Source of the DNA: Candidatus Xenobia bacterium
GTDB taxonomy: Bacteria > Vulcanimicrobiota > CADAWZ01
Assembly: GCA_031551355.1 (NCBI GenBank)
Contig: JAVBNT010000003.1
Span: 1,520 to 65,519 of the forward strand
Length of the DNA stretch: 64,000 nt
Direction: 5' to 3'
The position numbers were made by a program, and so were the translations under genes. Of the stretch, positions 45,863-54,692 are shown piece after piece; the first letter of the stretch is position 1, and each line of letters opens with the position of its first letter. The notes under the pieces were generated by a model. It was not told where the DNA came from. It saw nothing but the letters and a program-made list of their open reading frames with translations, and made no database searches.

Positions 45863-47428
45863 ATGCAAAACGAACAGATCGCCTGCAGTATTACAGAAGC
45901 TATCGGGCAGTTCATTGACACTCCTGAGCAAAAAGAAAATCTGATTGAAAGAATAACGGCAACGCGTTATCAAATTGGCCGCACGGAAAGACGTTTCAGA
46001 GAAAATCTGACAGCAAATCCTCCCTGGGTTGAAGATGAATGCCTTGATGAAATAAAAACTATAACTGCTGAATTACAGCAATATAACAGCCTTCTCGATG
46101 AACTCGAAAAAACAGTTGACAAAAGCAATATCCCGCAGGCCGAATCAATCAAAAACAAACTGGAAAAAACAATCGAGACTCTCAACAATGCCTTTTTTAT
46201 TTTCCGCGACAAAGCGCTGATCGCCTGGGGACCTTTTATGCACGGCAATATAAATATGCTGATCGCCCTCTGTTTCAAAGCCAAATCATTTGACTCATCA
46301 ATAATAGAAGTTCATCAGGAATTGGAACCTTTGATACAGGTTACAGAAAATCAGGTATCCGCGCTCAAAACAGAGCTTGAAGAATCACCGTTCAAAAACG
46401 CCATTCTCCAGTGGAATGACGAGTATATAAAAATACTAAAGAAAAATATGAAAATAAAGCCGGAAGAACTTGATAAATTTATTGAAGAACTCCATATTCT
46501 AGGCAACAAATATTATTCCATAGATCTTTTCAATATCGCCAGGAATTATGCTTCCCAAAACGATATACTGCCGATAGCCGAGCTGGTTCTTGAATGTTCG
46601 GGATTATATGCCAAAGAATATCTTCCGGCAGAAATCTTTATGGAAATTTTATCGGCACTCGAACTGAATATAGAGCAGATACAGTCAATCGTCCCGCTAC
46701 AGGATGACTCGATTCAGGAAAACGACGGCGAAAACGATATCGTTTACAACAGTGATATAGACACATCGGCACTCATTGAGTCAATGACAATGATGCAAAA
46801 ATCAATTGAACAATATTACACCGACATCGACGAAGGCAATACCAATACGTCAAAAAATGAGTCACTGCTGAAGCAGGGCATCGAAAAATTCAGAAACGAA
46901 ATGAAGCACCTTAATGTGCTTGCTGAGCGTGAAGGTAAAATTCCCTGTACCAAATGCGGCGGCTACAGTCCGGGCAATACCAGATACTGCGAAAAATGCA
47001 ATGCCCCTCTGCCGGCAATATTAGTGGAAACATTCTCAACAATCGAAGTTATGGATGACAATTCGGATGCTCTGTCCATAGTCATGACAACCAATATCGA
47101 ACAGCTTTTCTCAAGTGCCGAAAGCTTCTTTTACGGAGAAATTTCAAAAGAGCAGTTTGCAGACTCCATTGCTAAATTTGAACGTCTGATTGAACGCGCC
47201 AAAAAGATGGCACCTAAAGACGATGACAGCGACGAAATATTAAAACAGACGGCCCAAAATTATCAGGAAGGCCTGAAACAAATATCCGCCGGAAATGAGA
47301 TTATTAAGTCCCTTATGGAAAAACGCGAAGAAAATTTACTTAACAGCGGAAAAGAAACTGTCTGGAAAGGAGTCGGCATTTTGCAGGAAATGCAAAAGGT
47401 CCTGACACCATATATAGAAAAGAAGTAG
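45863..47428 (+). CDS. Coiled-coil-rich protein with zinc ribbon (unknown function)
   Basis: CTKCGGYSPGNTRYCEKCNAPLP. ATG 45863 follows AAGGAGA. Confidence 0.6.
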   Translation: MQNEQIACSITEAIGQFIDTPEQKENLIERITATRYQIGRTERRFRENLTANPPWVEDECLDEIKTITAELQQYNSLLDELEKTVDKSNIPQAESIKNKLEKTIETLNNAFFIFRDKALIAWGPFMHGNINMLIALCFKAKSFDSSIIEVHQELEPLIQVTENQVSALKTELEESPFKNAILQWNDEYIKILKKNMKIKPEELDKFIEELHILGNKYYSIDLFNIARNYASQNDILPIAELVLECSGLYAKEYLPAEIFMEILSALELNIEQIQSIVPLQDDSIQENDGENDIVYNSDIDTSALIESMTMMQKSIEQYYTDIDEGNTNTSKNESLLKQGIEKFRNEMKHLNVLAEREGKIPCTKCGGYSPGNTRYCEKCNAPLPAILVETFSTIEVMDDNSDALSIVMTTNIEQLFSSAESFFYGEISKEQFADSIAKFERLIERAKKMAPKDDDSDEILKQTAQNYQEGLKQISAGNEIIKSLMEKREENLLNSGKETVWKGVGILQEMQKVLTPYIEKK

Positions 47429-47429
47429 C

Positions 47430-48797
47430 CTAGAACTCTTTAAAATCAGCCTCAGCCTGTCCGGCATACAATACGGCAAAATCCGCAAGCCTTTCCGACA
47501 AAACACTGCTTTTACCGCCAATCCAATCGGTAATCAGTTTAGCATTTCCTTTTTTGCAGCAATGTGAGCCGGCAATTACCTTCGCCGACTGAGACGCAAG
47601 CTCAGACAGTTTTTCGAAATCATCCACTTTAGACAGTTTTACGGTAGCTTTTACGGATTCCCTCTCTCTAACAAGATATGAGAACCCGTCAATATTTGTA
47701 TAGCCTGACAAATCATTTTGCAGTCCGCCCAAAGTTTTTTGGCCATCAAAAATAGATTTACCGTCAGCCTTTGACAAATCACCGCTCCGGTCAATGACAG
47801 CAGAAGGCATTAATTGCTTCACCTCCACGATAACAGGAAGGGGATTTTTATCATACGAAGCCAAAACCCAATAGCGTTTCAAACCGAAACTGCTGCCGCC
47901 GCTATCCTTTTTTTCACAAACATCAAAAATATTAAAAGAGAGCTTTTCTGCAGAACCGGTTACACACGATTTCAGCGCACCCTCCGCTTTTTTTCTTGTT
48001 TCCGGAGCAACAGGGCACAATTCATCATCATAAGCAAAAGCAAGTTTTCCGTCAACAGCCGAGGTATACTTTTTCAAAAACTCCTTATGGTCTTTTTGGG
48101 ACGACTTTTCTATAAGTTTTTTTACCGCTCCGGTGCTTGAGGAATGCGTCAGATAAGGCTGCGGCGTTTTTTCCCCCGACGCTGCCGAAAAGACTGTATC
48201 ACAATAAACCTTCGAAAAAATATCCACAAGCTTCTTCTGCTGTGAGCCGTCAAGCTGTAAATCTCTTGCTTTAAGCACCAGACTTGAGGCAAACCTCTCT
48301 AAATCCAGTTCCGGGCTGCCTTTCGCGCACTGATCAAAATCATTCATCCCCCATACACTCTCTCCCGAGGAAGATTTTACAATGCCGAAATTACCGATAT
48401 GGATATCCCCGTTAACGGTAACCTCCGGAGGATGCGGCAAAAGCGAAGATTTCTCAGAATAAACCCCAAATATATCGTTATAAAACAATGGGGGAGTCGC
48501 CCTGTAAAAAGCCAGAACAGAGTCTTTCATTAATTCGTTCTTTTTAGCCGTATCTTCAGGGGAAAGTCCAAGTTTACGGTTAAATGATTTTATAAATGCT
48601 ACAGAGTCCTTCGGGTCTGCAAGCAACTGCGATTGTTTACGAACAGATTTCTCACCGGAAAATGAAATTTGCGAATCAACCCGGCCGGAGGGAACAAAAG
48701 AATCATCAAAAACCGGCTCGGCAGTATCCGTTATGTCATGATGGCGCACAAAATCAGATGCTGTAAATTTCACAGAAAGATTACCAATAGGTTCCAT
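47430..48797 (-). CDS. DUF2252-like protein
   Basis: FYRATPPLFYND...VNGDIHIGNFG and the overall size match my recollection of DUF2252. ATG 48797 is preferred over the track start. Confidence 0.5.
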   Translation of the reverse strand: MEPIGNLSVKFTASDFVRHHDITDTAEPVFDDSFVPSGRVDSQISFSGEKSVRKQSQLLADPKDSVAFIKSFNRKLGLSPEDTAKKNELMKDSVLAFYRATPPLFYNDIFGVYSEKSSLLPHPPEVTVNGDIHIGNFGIVKSSSGESVWGMNDFDQCAKGSPELDLERFASSLVLKARDLQLDGSQQKKLVDIFSKVYCDTVFSAASGEKTPQPYLTHSSSTGAVKKLIEKSSQKDHKEFLKKYTSAVDGKLAFAYDDELCPVAPETRKKAEGALKSCVTGSAEKLSFNIFDVCEKKDSGGSSFGLKRYWVLASYDKNPLPVIVEVKQLMPSAVIDRSGDLSKADGKSIFDGQKTLGGLQNDLSGYTNIDGFSYLVRERESVKATVKLSKVDDFEKLSELASQSAKVIAGSHCCKKGNAKLITDWIGGKSSVLSERLADFAVLYAGQAEADFKEF

Positions 48798-48970
48798 AAT
48801 ACACAACCTCATATAAAACGCAAAAATAAAATATAGTAAAAGCATCAATACAAAAACCCCATAAAAGTCCGTATTTACCATCTATTATATACCTGTTAAC
48901 AGAACAAAATACATAAACAAATTGTAAATTTTTCCCAAAAAAGCCGCAAAAACACAAAAATAAAATATAC

Positions 48971-48999
48971 TTGCCCCGGTAACGGAAATCATTTATAAT
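48971..48999 (+). promoter_or_regulatory. Sigma70-type promoter TTGCCC-17 nt-TATAAT
   Basis: A perfect -10 at 48994-48999 with 17-nt spacing, 50 nt upstream of ATG 49050. Confidence 0.6.
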
Positions 49000-49049
49000 T
49001 AAATAGAATTGCCTACGGCAATAATATAATACAAGGAGACGGGTCTTTC

Positions 49050-49550
49050 ATGAAAAAATATCTGCTATTGACACTCATAATGGCTATGTTTTTAGCTGTT
49101 ATGGCAACTCCCGGATACTGTGGCTGACGTCCTATAAGCGTCCCCCTGAGTTCAGGGGCAAAAAAACCTGTTGTTTCCACTTATAACGGAAACGAAGTTA
49201 GAAAAATGGTTGAGCAGACAACGGACAAAGATGAAACTCTAAAAGTTTACTACACGCTTCTAAACAACAAACAGATTGATGTTATATATGACAATCTGCT
49301 TTCTTCAAAAATGAAAAAAGAGGTAAAAAGAGCGGATTTCAGACAGCAGCAGTCTAGCGGCAAAAACTACACTTTAGAGCAAATCTGCGACAGTGAGAAT
49401 TCAAAACCATCGGGAACAGAAATTACCGCCAAAGGAACATACAAACTGTCCGGCAAACAAAAGGAACAGAACAGAAGTTTCGAACAAAAATTTACATTGG
49501 TAAAAGACGGTAAATACTGGAAAATACAATCAATAGAAGAAATTAAATAA
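49050..49550 (+). CDS. Candidate selenoprotein: signal peptide-Cys-Gly-[UGA]-linker-NTF2/DUF4878-like domain
   Basis: AAGGAGA SD, ATG 49050, MKKYLLLTLIMAMFLAVMATPGYCG, TGA at 49125-49127, then an uninterrupted frame into the track ORF 49206-49550 (offset 156 nt = 52 codons). A hairpin follows the TGA. Confidence 0.55.
49143..49158 (+). promoter_or_regulatory. SECIS-like hairpin CCCCUGA-GU-UCAGGGG
   Basis: A perfect palindrome starting 15 nt after the TGA. The apical G-U is at positions 26-27 counted from the U of UGA. Confidence 0.45.
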
Positions 49551-49555
49551 GCCCG

Positions 49556-49589
49556 AAGCCTCTGCGGTTAAACCATAAGAGGCTTTTTT
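49556..49589 (+). terminator. Rho-independent terminator
   Basis: AAGCCTCT-gcggttaaaccata-AGAGGCTTTTTTATT. Confidence 0.75.
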
Positions 49590-49608
49590 ATTATAAAGGT
49601 AAAATTTC

Positions 49609-49638
49609 TTGACGGAGATAGCAAAAATAGCATACAAT
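49609..49638 (+). promoter_or_regulatory. Sigma70-type promoter TTGACG-18 nt-TACAAT
   Basis: It lies 28 nt upstream of ATG 49666. Confidence 0.55.
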
Positions 49639-49665
49639 ATAGTTGTATCTCCATAGAAAGGAAGT

Positions 49666-50220
49666 ATGTCGGTGAAAAAATATCTTATACTGGTGCTGAG
49701 CATTCTGTTTACCGTTATATTTATAAACTTGCCGGCTTGTGCCGGTTGAGGCGCGCCAAGTTCTCCTGGTCCAGGAGAGATACTGAGAGAACAGGCGGAT
49801 AAGTTTTCACAGACGCCTAAGGCACTTATGGAAACTTATTACAGTCTCATCAGCCGTCAAAGAAGTTATACCGTTCACCAATATTTACTCTCCGAACGGG
49901 CAAAAAATCAAATAAAAGCAAAGAACTTTGTAAAACAATCGAAAAACAAAAAATACACAATCGAAAGCATTGATATCGACGAGTTTGAAAAACAGGCGCT
50001 GGTAACCGTAAAGCTAAAATGTACAACTCATTACGGTATTTTTGATAACCTGAGATACACATTCCTAATCGGTGCGATAATGAAGACACTGCAAAAATAC
50101 AGTGACAAATCAGTTCCCGGAGAGTATAAACAAAGCTTTACACTGATAAAAATGCCCAACGGGTCCTGGAGAGTCAGTGAAGTTGGAGTAATCGGTAAAA
50201 CCAGTCTGGCAGAAAAGTAA
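49666..50220 (+). CDS. Candidate selenoprotein, paralog: signal peptide-Cys-Ala-Gly-[UGA]-linker-NTF2/DUF4878-like domain
   Basis: AAGGAAG SD, ATG 49666, MSVKKYLILVLSILFTVIFINLPACAG, TGA at 49747-49749, then an uninterrupted frame into the track ORF 49828-50220 (offset 162 nt = 54 codons). A hairpin follows the TGA. Confidence 0.55.
49762..49778 (+). promoter_or_regulatory. SECIS-like hairpin UCUCCUGG-U-CCAGGAGA
   Basis: A perfect palindrome starting 12 nt after the TGA. The apical G and U fall at positions 23 and 24 from the U of UGA. Confidence 0.5.
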
Positions 50221-50252
50221 TATAAAAAAATTACATAAATTTAAAACAAATA

Positions 50253-50289
50253 AAAAATCAGCTTCCAAACGAAACTGATTTTTTATTTT
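50253..50289 (+). terminator. Rho-independent terminator
   Basis: AAAAATCAG-cttccaaacgaaa-CTGATTTTTTATTTT. Confidence 0.75.
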
Positions 50290-50332
50290 GCGAATTATTT
50301 TCTTTTAGCTATGGAGTTTTTCCGGAACGGCA

Positions 50333-51781
50333 TTATTTATTTTTAACTACAGCAACTTTATCGGTATTATCATTACATATACAGATCTTGGTATTGAGAA
50401 TATAATCAGCCGATGTTACCTGAAGAGTATGGTTTCCGGCGGCGATCCTGCCGTCGGAAGTTGTCCAGCAACCGTTGCTGTATGTAAGCGGATAATCATC
50501 AAAACCGAGAGTATCGGCGAGATCTTCCTGAAGAACAATCCTGGCGGTTATGCCGGAGGTAATCTCCTCGTAAGTGCCGTCAATATTCCTGGGTTTGTAT
50601 ATCTTAAGTTTCAACGGCAGCTGTTTGCGGGCAAAACTGACTGTATCAATCGGGAACCGGGCCTCAATCGGGTCAAACACCGGAACGGCAACAGTTCTTT
50701 CTTCATCCGAAAAATCGGGGATGGAAAAAGTATATGTTCCCGCAGCAAGGCCGCGGAATTCCATCCAGGCTCTGCTGGTGCCTACCGATAAAAGTTTGTT
50801 TTCAGCGATGATACTCCCGTTCTGCTTTATAACATAGGACTCGTCTACAAGTTCTATACAGTCATACTCAGTTCTCAGATATTGAAAATCAGTATAAGAC
50901 CTGACATAAATATCCATCGGAGAAGTCATATCGGATGTAAAGTTGAGTTTATAAGGCAAACAGGAGTTGGGCGTACCCCAGAATAAATATACGGTGTTGA
51001 TGCCGGCGGACAGTTTGGGGAACGTAAAGCTCTTGATGTTTGCGGTGCCCTGACCTCCCATCACCTGTCCCATCCAAACCCCGTTCAAACTTACGTAGTC
51101 CTTATAGAAAACCGGATCTGTCGTTCCCTCCTCATAGAAACGGATTACAAAATTATTCTTTTCAATTCTTACGAGACTGACGACAACGGAATCTGTATTT
51201 TCGTCAACAACAAAGGAGGCGGTTTCATCGGAATAGCCGGGAATAGAAAGCGTATAGCTGCCAACCGGCAGTTTCTGGGTATAATATTCGTTTCTGCCGG
51301 CAACCCAGGTAATGTCTCCCTTAGCCTGTTTGCCGTTATAAGTCAGATGAACCGTCGATTCCGTATACGGCTGGTTATCCTGATCGACAACGGCGAGACG
51401 GACCTGCTTTTCGACAATGCCCTTGGTCAGGATAATATTTTCAGACTTATCGGCATCGGAAATAGCGATATCCTGATCGAAAACATCATAACCGGTCATC
51501 GTAGCATGAATGTGATATATCCCCTGAGGCAGGTTTCTGAACTCGTAAAATCCGTTGGCATCGGCCTGGACTACCATATTTACCGGTCCGGTCAATTCTA
51601 TTGTCGCCCCGGGAATAACTGCTCCCGTGACATCCATAACGGTTACCGAAAAAGCATGCGTCACCGGAGCCGGTGCCGGACCGACGGGTCCGAAAGAAGT
51701 ATTGCAATTCTGACTTCCGCACCCGTAAAGCAAAAAAACAACCATCAACGCAAACATGTTTAAAGACAGTTTTTTGATCAT
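50333..51781 (-). CDS. Large lipoprotein with carboxypeptidase-regulatory-like (Ig-like beta-sandwich) repeats
   Basis: Lipobox LLYGC after ATG 51781. GATIELTGPVNMVVQADANGFYEFRNLPQGIYHIHATMTGYD is a typical CarboxypepD_reg module. Paralog of 54693-56177. Confidence 0.65.
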   Translation of the reverse strand: MIKKLSLNMFALMVVFLLYGCGSQNCNTSFGPVGPAPAPVTHAFSVTVMDVTGAVIPGATIELTGPVNMVVQADANGFYEFRNLPQGIYHIHATMTGYDVFDQDIAISDADKSENIILTKGIVEKQVRLAVVDQDNQPYTESTVHLTYNGKQAKGDITWVAGRNEYYTQKLPVGSYTLSIPGYSDETASFVVDENTDSVVVSLVRIEKNNFVIRFYEEGTTDPVFYKDYVSLNGVWMGQVMGGQGTANIKSFTFPKLSAGINTVYLFWGTPNSCLPYKLNFTSDMTSPMDIYVRSYTDFQYLRTEYDCIELVDESYVIKQNGSIIAENKLLSVGTSRAWMEFRGLAAGTYTFSIPDFSDEERTVAVPVFDPIEARFPIDTVSFARKQLPLKLKIYKPRNIDGTYEEITSGITARIVLQEDLADTLGFDDYPLTYSNGCWTTSDGRIAAGNHTLQVTSADYILNTKICICNDNTDKVAVVKNK

Positions 51782-51885
51782 ACTATTCCCCTTAATTTTA
51801 ATTTTGTTTATTGCGTTAAAAATTACCAAATAAAATATACTATCGAAAAATAACATAAAAAATTACGAAAAAAAATTATGAAGAG

Positions 51886-53130
51886 TTAAATAACAACCTC
51901 CTTTATTTTATCGGATGGAGCTCCGCATACATGGCACATTTTAGGGTGTTCGCCGCCATGGAAAGTAAGTCCGCAGGACGTACATGTATAAAATCTGTCA
52001 CAAAATATATCCTTTTTGCCTGCAAGCTCATTATAAGCTTTTTCAAGCAAACCTAAATGTATCCTCTCGGCCTCCCGGGCATCGTTAAAAGCATAGGCGG
52101 CAATTCCGGCATGTTCTTTTTTTGCCTGTTCCAGATAAGAAGCATACGTATTATCAACTTCATTGCGCTCACTGAAAATACTGTCGGCAATCCTTTCCCT
52201 TGGTTCCTTAAACCTGTTCATTGCAAAATAATAATTTCTGGCGTGATAAAACTCCGAATCGGCTATAGCTAAAAACAGCTTCGCCGTATTCGGCATATTG
52301 CGCCTCTGCGCATCTTCCGCATACAGACGGTATTTGACATGGGCAATACATTCTTCCTTAAAAGAATCAAACAGGCTTTCATTTATCTGCTGCTTATGGG
52401 CAAATTCATTTTCCACAAAACAAAGAGTCTTTATCCTGTATGACAATCCCGAATCACCGTAGTAAAATTCAACAACATGGTGGTAAGGCGAAGAGATACC
52501 GTCCACGGGCTCTATCCTGGCACCGCCGCCGCCGGTACAGATAAGTTTGATCCCATCCAAATCATCTTCAAAATAGGAATGAACATGTCCTGATAAAAAA
52601 TACCGGATATTCTTTTTGTAAGGTTCAATAACTTCAGTGATTTTAGCCCACTCCTTCTCGGTGACGGAATTCCCGGCAACAGTGTTGGGCGGAGGAATGT
52701 GAAAGGCGATAACAATATTCTCACGCGAATAATTGTTCAAAGCCTCACGCAATACGTTCAAAGTTTCTTCCGAAAAGCTTCTTTTCGAATTATCAAGCAC
52801 AACAATCAAAAGCCGGTCGTCGCAAATAAAATAATTTTTCCGTCCGAAATAATCCTCATAGGAGTGTGTGTCATGATTGCCGCAAAGCATATAAACCGGT
52901 CGGCGGCATATGGAGTCCATAAGTTCAGCCGTTTTCCCATAAAAAACAGGCGAACCTATGGGAACAATGTCTCCGGCAACAAGCAAAAAATCAGTATCCG
53001 AGTTGTTTAGCGCCAGATTAAAAACAGACATAATCTCTGCTCCCAGGCCATCGCAGCCGGGGTCTCCCACAAAAGCAAATGTATTTATACGGTCAAGAAT
53101 GTTGACAGCCTTTTCAATTTTTTTTATCAT
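51886..53130 (-). CDS. Fusion protein: calcineurin-like metallophosphoesterase + rubrerythrin-like diiron four-helix bundle + rubredoxin-like Cys4 tail
   Basis: MPE motifs: GDPGCDG, VAGDIV, CGNHD, FHIPP, SGHVHSY. ExxH pairs: ADSEFYH and EAERIH. C-terminal CTSCG...CHVCGAP. Confidence 0.7.
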   Translation of the reverse strand: MIKKIEKAVNILDRINTFAFVGDPGCDGLGAEIMSVFNLALNNSDTDFLLVAGDIVPIGSPVFYGKTAELMDSICRRPVYMLCGNHDTHSYEDYFGRKNYFICDDRLLIVVLDNSKRSFSEETLNVLREALNNYSRENIVIAFHIPPPNTVAGNSVTEKEWAKITEVIEPYKKNIRYFLSGHVHSYFEDDLDGIKLICTGGGGARIEPVDGISSPYHHVVEFYYGDSGLSYRIKTLCFVENEFAHKQQINESLFDSFKEECIAHVKYRLYAEDAQRRNMPNTAKLFLAIADSEFYHARNYYFAMNRFKEPRERIADSIFSERNEVDNTYASYLEQAKKEHAGIAAYAFNDAREAERIHLGLLEKAYNELAGKKDIFCDRFYTCTSCGLTFHGGEHPKMCHVCGAPSDKIKEVVI

Positions 53131-53299
53131 ACAACTCTCCAGATTCTTAATATACTTAACAATATAATGGTCCCCTTGTCAAGACACAAAATCAAATTTC
53201 CTTAATGTAGCAAAATGTATTTTTGTTTAATTGCACACAGCTTGAAAAACTGCATGCTTCACCATCCCATTTTTTTAAAAAACAGGAAGTTTAATATTT

Positions 53300-54180
53300 T
53301 CAGGCTGCCGCTTGCTCCTTTTGCAAACGACCAAAGGATGATAAATAAGCCTGATAAGGGCGTTTATTGCCAAGACTCTGGTGAGGGCGTTCATAGTTAT
53401 ACTCGTTGATATATTTATCTATGCCGCGCCGGAGTTCACGAGGACTTGTATATTCGTTTAGATAAATGTCCTCAGACTTAAGGCTCCTAAACCACCGCTC
53501 TATAATTACGTTATCAATCCAACGCGCTTTGCCGTCCATACTTTGCCTGATTCCGTAAGATTTTAAAAGTTCAATACACTCATTGCCTGTAAACTGGCTT
53601 CCCTGATCTGAATTGATTATATCAGGTATGCCATAAGTTTCGATTGCTTGCTTCACGGCTCCAAGAATCGGCACGGTTTCCAGTGTGTCAGACAATGCCC
53701 AACCTACTACAAATCGAGTTGCCCAGTCAATTATAGCTGTTAAATACATATGAGAATGTCTCATATGTATATATGTTATATCAATAGCCCATACTTGATT
53801 AGGCAGCCAAATAAGCTTTTTTCTCAATAGATAAGGGAATTTTTTATGCTCTTTATCTGCCTTGAAAGATTTGGCTTCGGATATAATGCATAAACTCCCA
53901 TTTCCTGCATATATCGGCGAATCAGTTTTCGTCCAATATTGGTAAAACCGTCATCTTGTTTAAGTTTATCCAGAAGTTTACGGGAACCCATCCAACAATA
54001 CTTTGTATGCCAATAATCTAGTCGCCCTTTGATATATTCTTCACAAAATATTTGGTATTCATTTGGCGTTATTGGTTCATAATAACAGCTTGTACAGTTA
54101 ACTTCCAAAAGCTCGCATTGGCGCTTTAAAGACAGTTGTTCATTTTTTGAAACTAACTTTATTATCCCATTCGGTGCCAA
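53300..54180 (-). pseudogene. IS3-family transposase OrfB (DDE), split into two frames
   Basis: 53824-54180 encodes ...MGVYALYPKPNLS. The canonical continuation KADKEHKKFPYLLRKKLIWLPNQVWAIDITYI is in another frame (53300-53827 plus about 40 nt upstream). DDE residues: DITYI, NSDQGSQF, ERWFRSLKSE. The middle piece is +1 relative to orfA and the last piece is in the orfA frame, which is not the canonical single -1 arrangement. Confidence 0.7.
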
Positions 54181-54478
54181 ACAACTTTTTATGCGCCCCT
54201 TTTAAAAAATCTACCTCCAGCGTCAATTGACCTACTTTTGCCTGATATTTCCTTTCCATTTCTTCCAGTTCTTTTATTCTTTTTTCGGCTTCTTTTTCCA
54301 GGCTATTCTGGGCGAAAACTCTTTCGGCATTTTCCAGAAAATCACGTCGCCAGTTGCCGAGTTGATTTACGCTTATCTTTTCTCTAAAAGCTATTTCTCC
54401 AATCGTGCTTTCTTCTTTTAATATTTCAAGCACAATCTTAGCTTTGTATTCGGGCGAATATTCTCTTCTTTTTTTCAT
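54140..54478 (-). CDS. IS3-family transposase OrfA (HTH)
   Basis: MKKRREYSPEYKAKIVLEILKEESTIGEIAFREKISVNQLGNWRRDFLE plus a leucine-zipper-like C-terminus. Confidence 0.8.
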   Translation of the reverse strand: MKKRREYSPEYKAKIVLEILKEESTIGEIAFREKISVNQLGNWRRDFLENAERVFAQNSLEKEAEKRIKELEEMERKYQAKVGQLTLEVDFLKGAHKKLFGTEWDNKVSFKK

Positions 54479-54636
54479 TGGAGCGACCTCTCTTTTTTGA
54501 TTTCTTATCGTTTATATTTTACATCGCTCCATTTAGTTTTTCAAATTTGCTGTCTTAATTTATGGTACCATTATAATTATATTATTTTAAATTATAAAAA
54601 CTCACCGGCAACTCCTCTCTCTTAGAGCACCGATCA

Positions 54637-54668
54637 AAGAAAGCCGCCAAAAGTCGGCGGCTTTCTTT
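54637..54668 (-). terminator. Rho-independent terminator downstream of the lipoprotein gene
   Basis: AAAGAAAGCCGCC-aaaagt-CGGCGGCTTTCTTT. It is symmetric, with T-runs on both strands. Confidence 0.75.
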
Positions 54669-54692
54669 ACTAAAGTATTTGTTTTATTTTTA

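Larger units (their letters stand above)
53168..54570 (-). mobile_element. IS3-family insertion sequence (~1.4 kb)
   Basis: Imperfect terminal inverted repeats TGGTCCCCTTGTCAAGACACAAAAT... and ...TGGTACCATAAATTAAGACAGCAAAT (reverse complement of the right end). It encodes an HTH orfA and a DDE orfB. TATAA is present on both flanks. Confidence 0.8.

Noticed and set aside
49125-49749. The in-frame TGAs could mean an alternative genetic code (TGA = Trp or Gly, codes 4/25).
   Set aside because: TGA clearly terminates well-supported genes here. Examples are the ABC ATPase stop at 3380-3382 in a TGATG overlap, the partner gene stop in the ATGA overlap at 16249-16252, the amylase stop at 8940 and IS orfA. 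Family-length proteins end at TGA without extension.
53168-54570. The IS3 element as the autonomous source mobilising the MITE families.
   Set aside because: Its terminal repeats (TGGTCCCC.../TGGTACCA...) share nothing with the MITE termini (CTCAATGTCATTAAG, TCAATTGAAAC, GGTTTGGTTTGC, GAGCAACTTGCAATC), and its transposase frame is broken.
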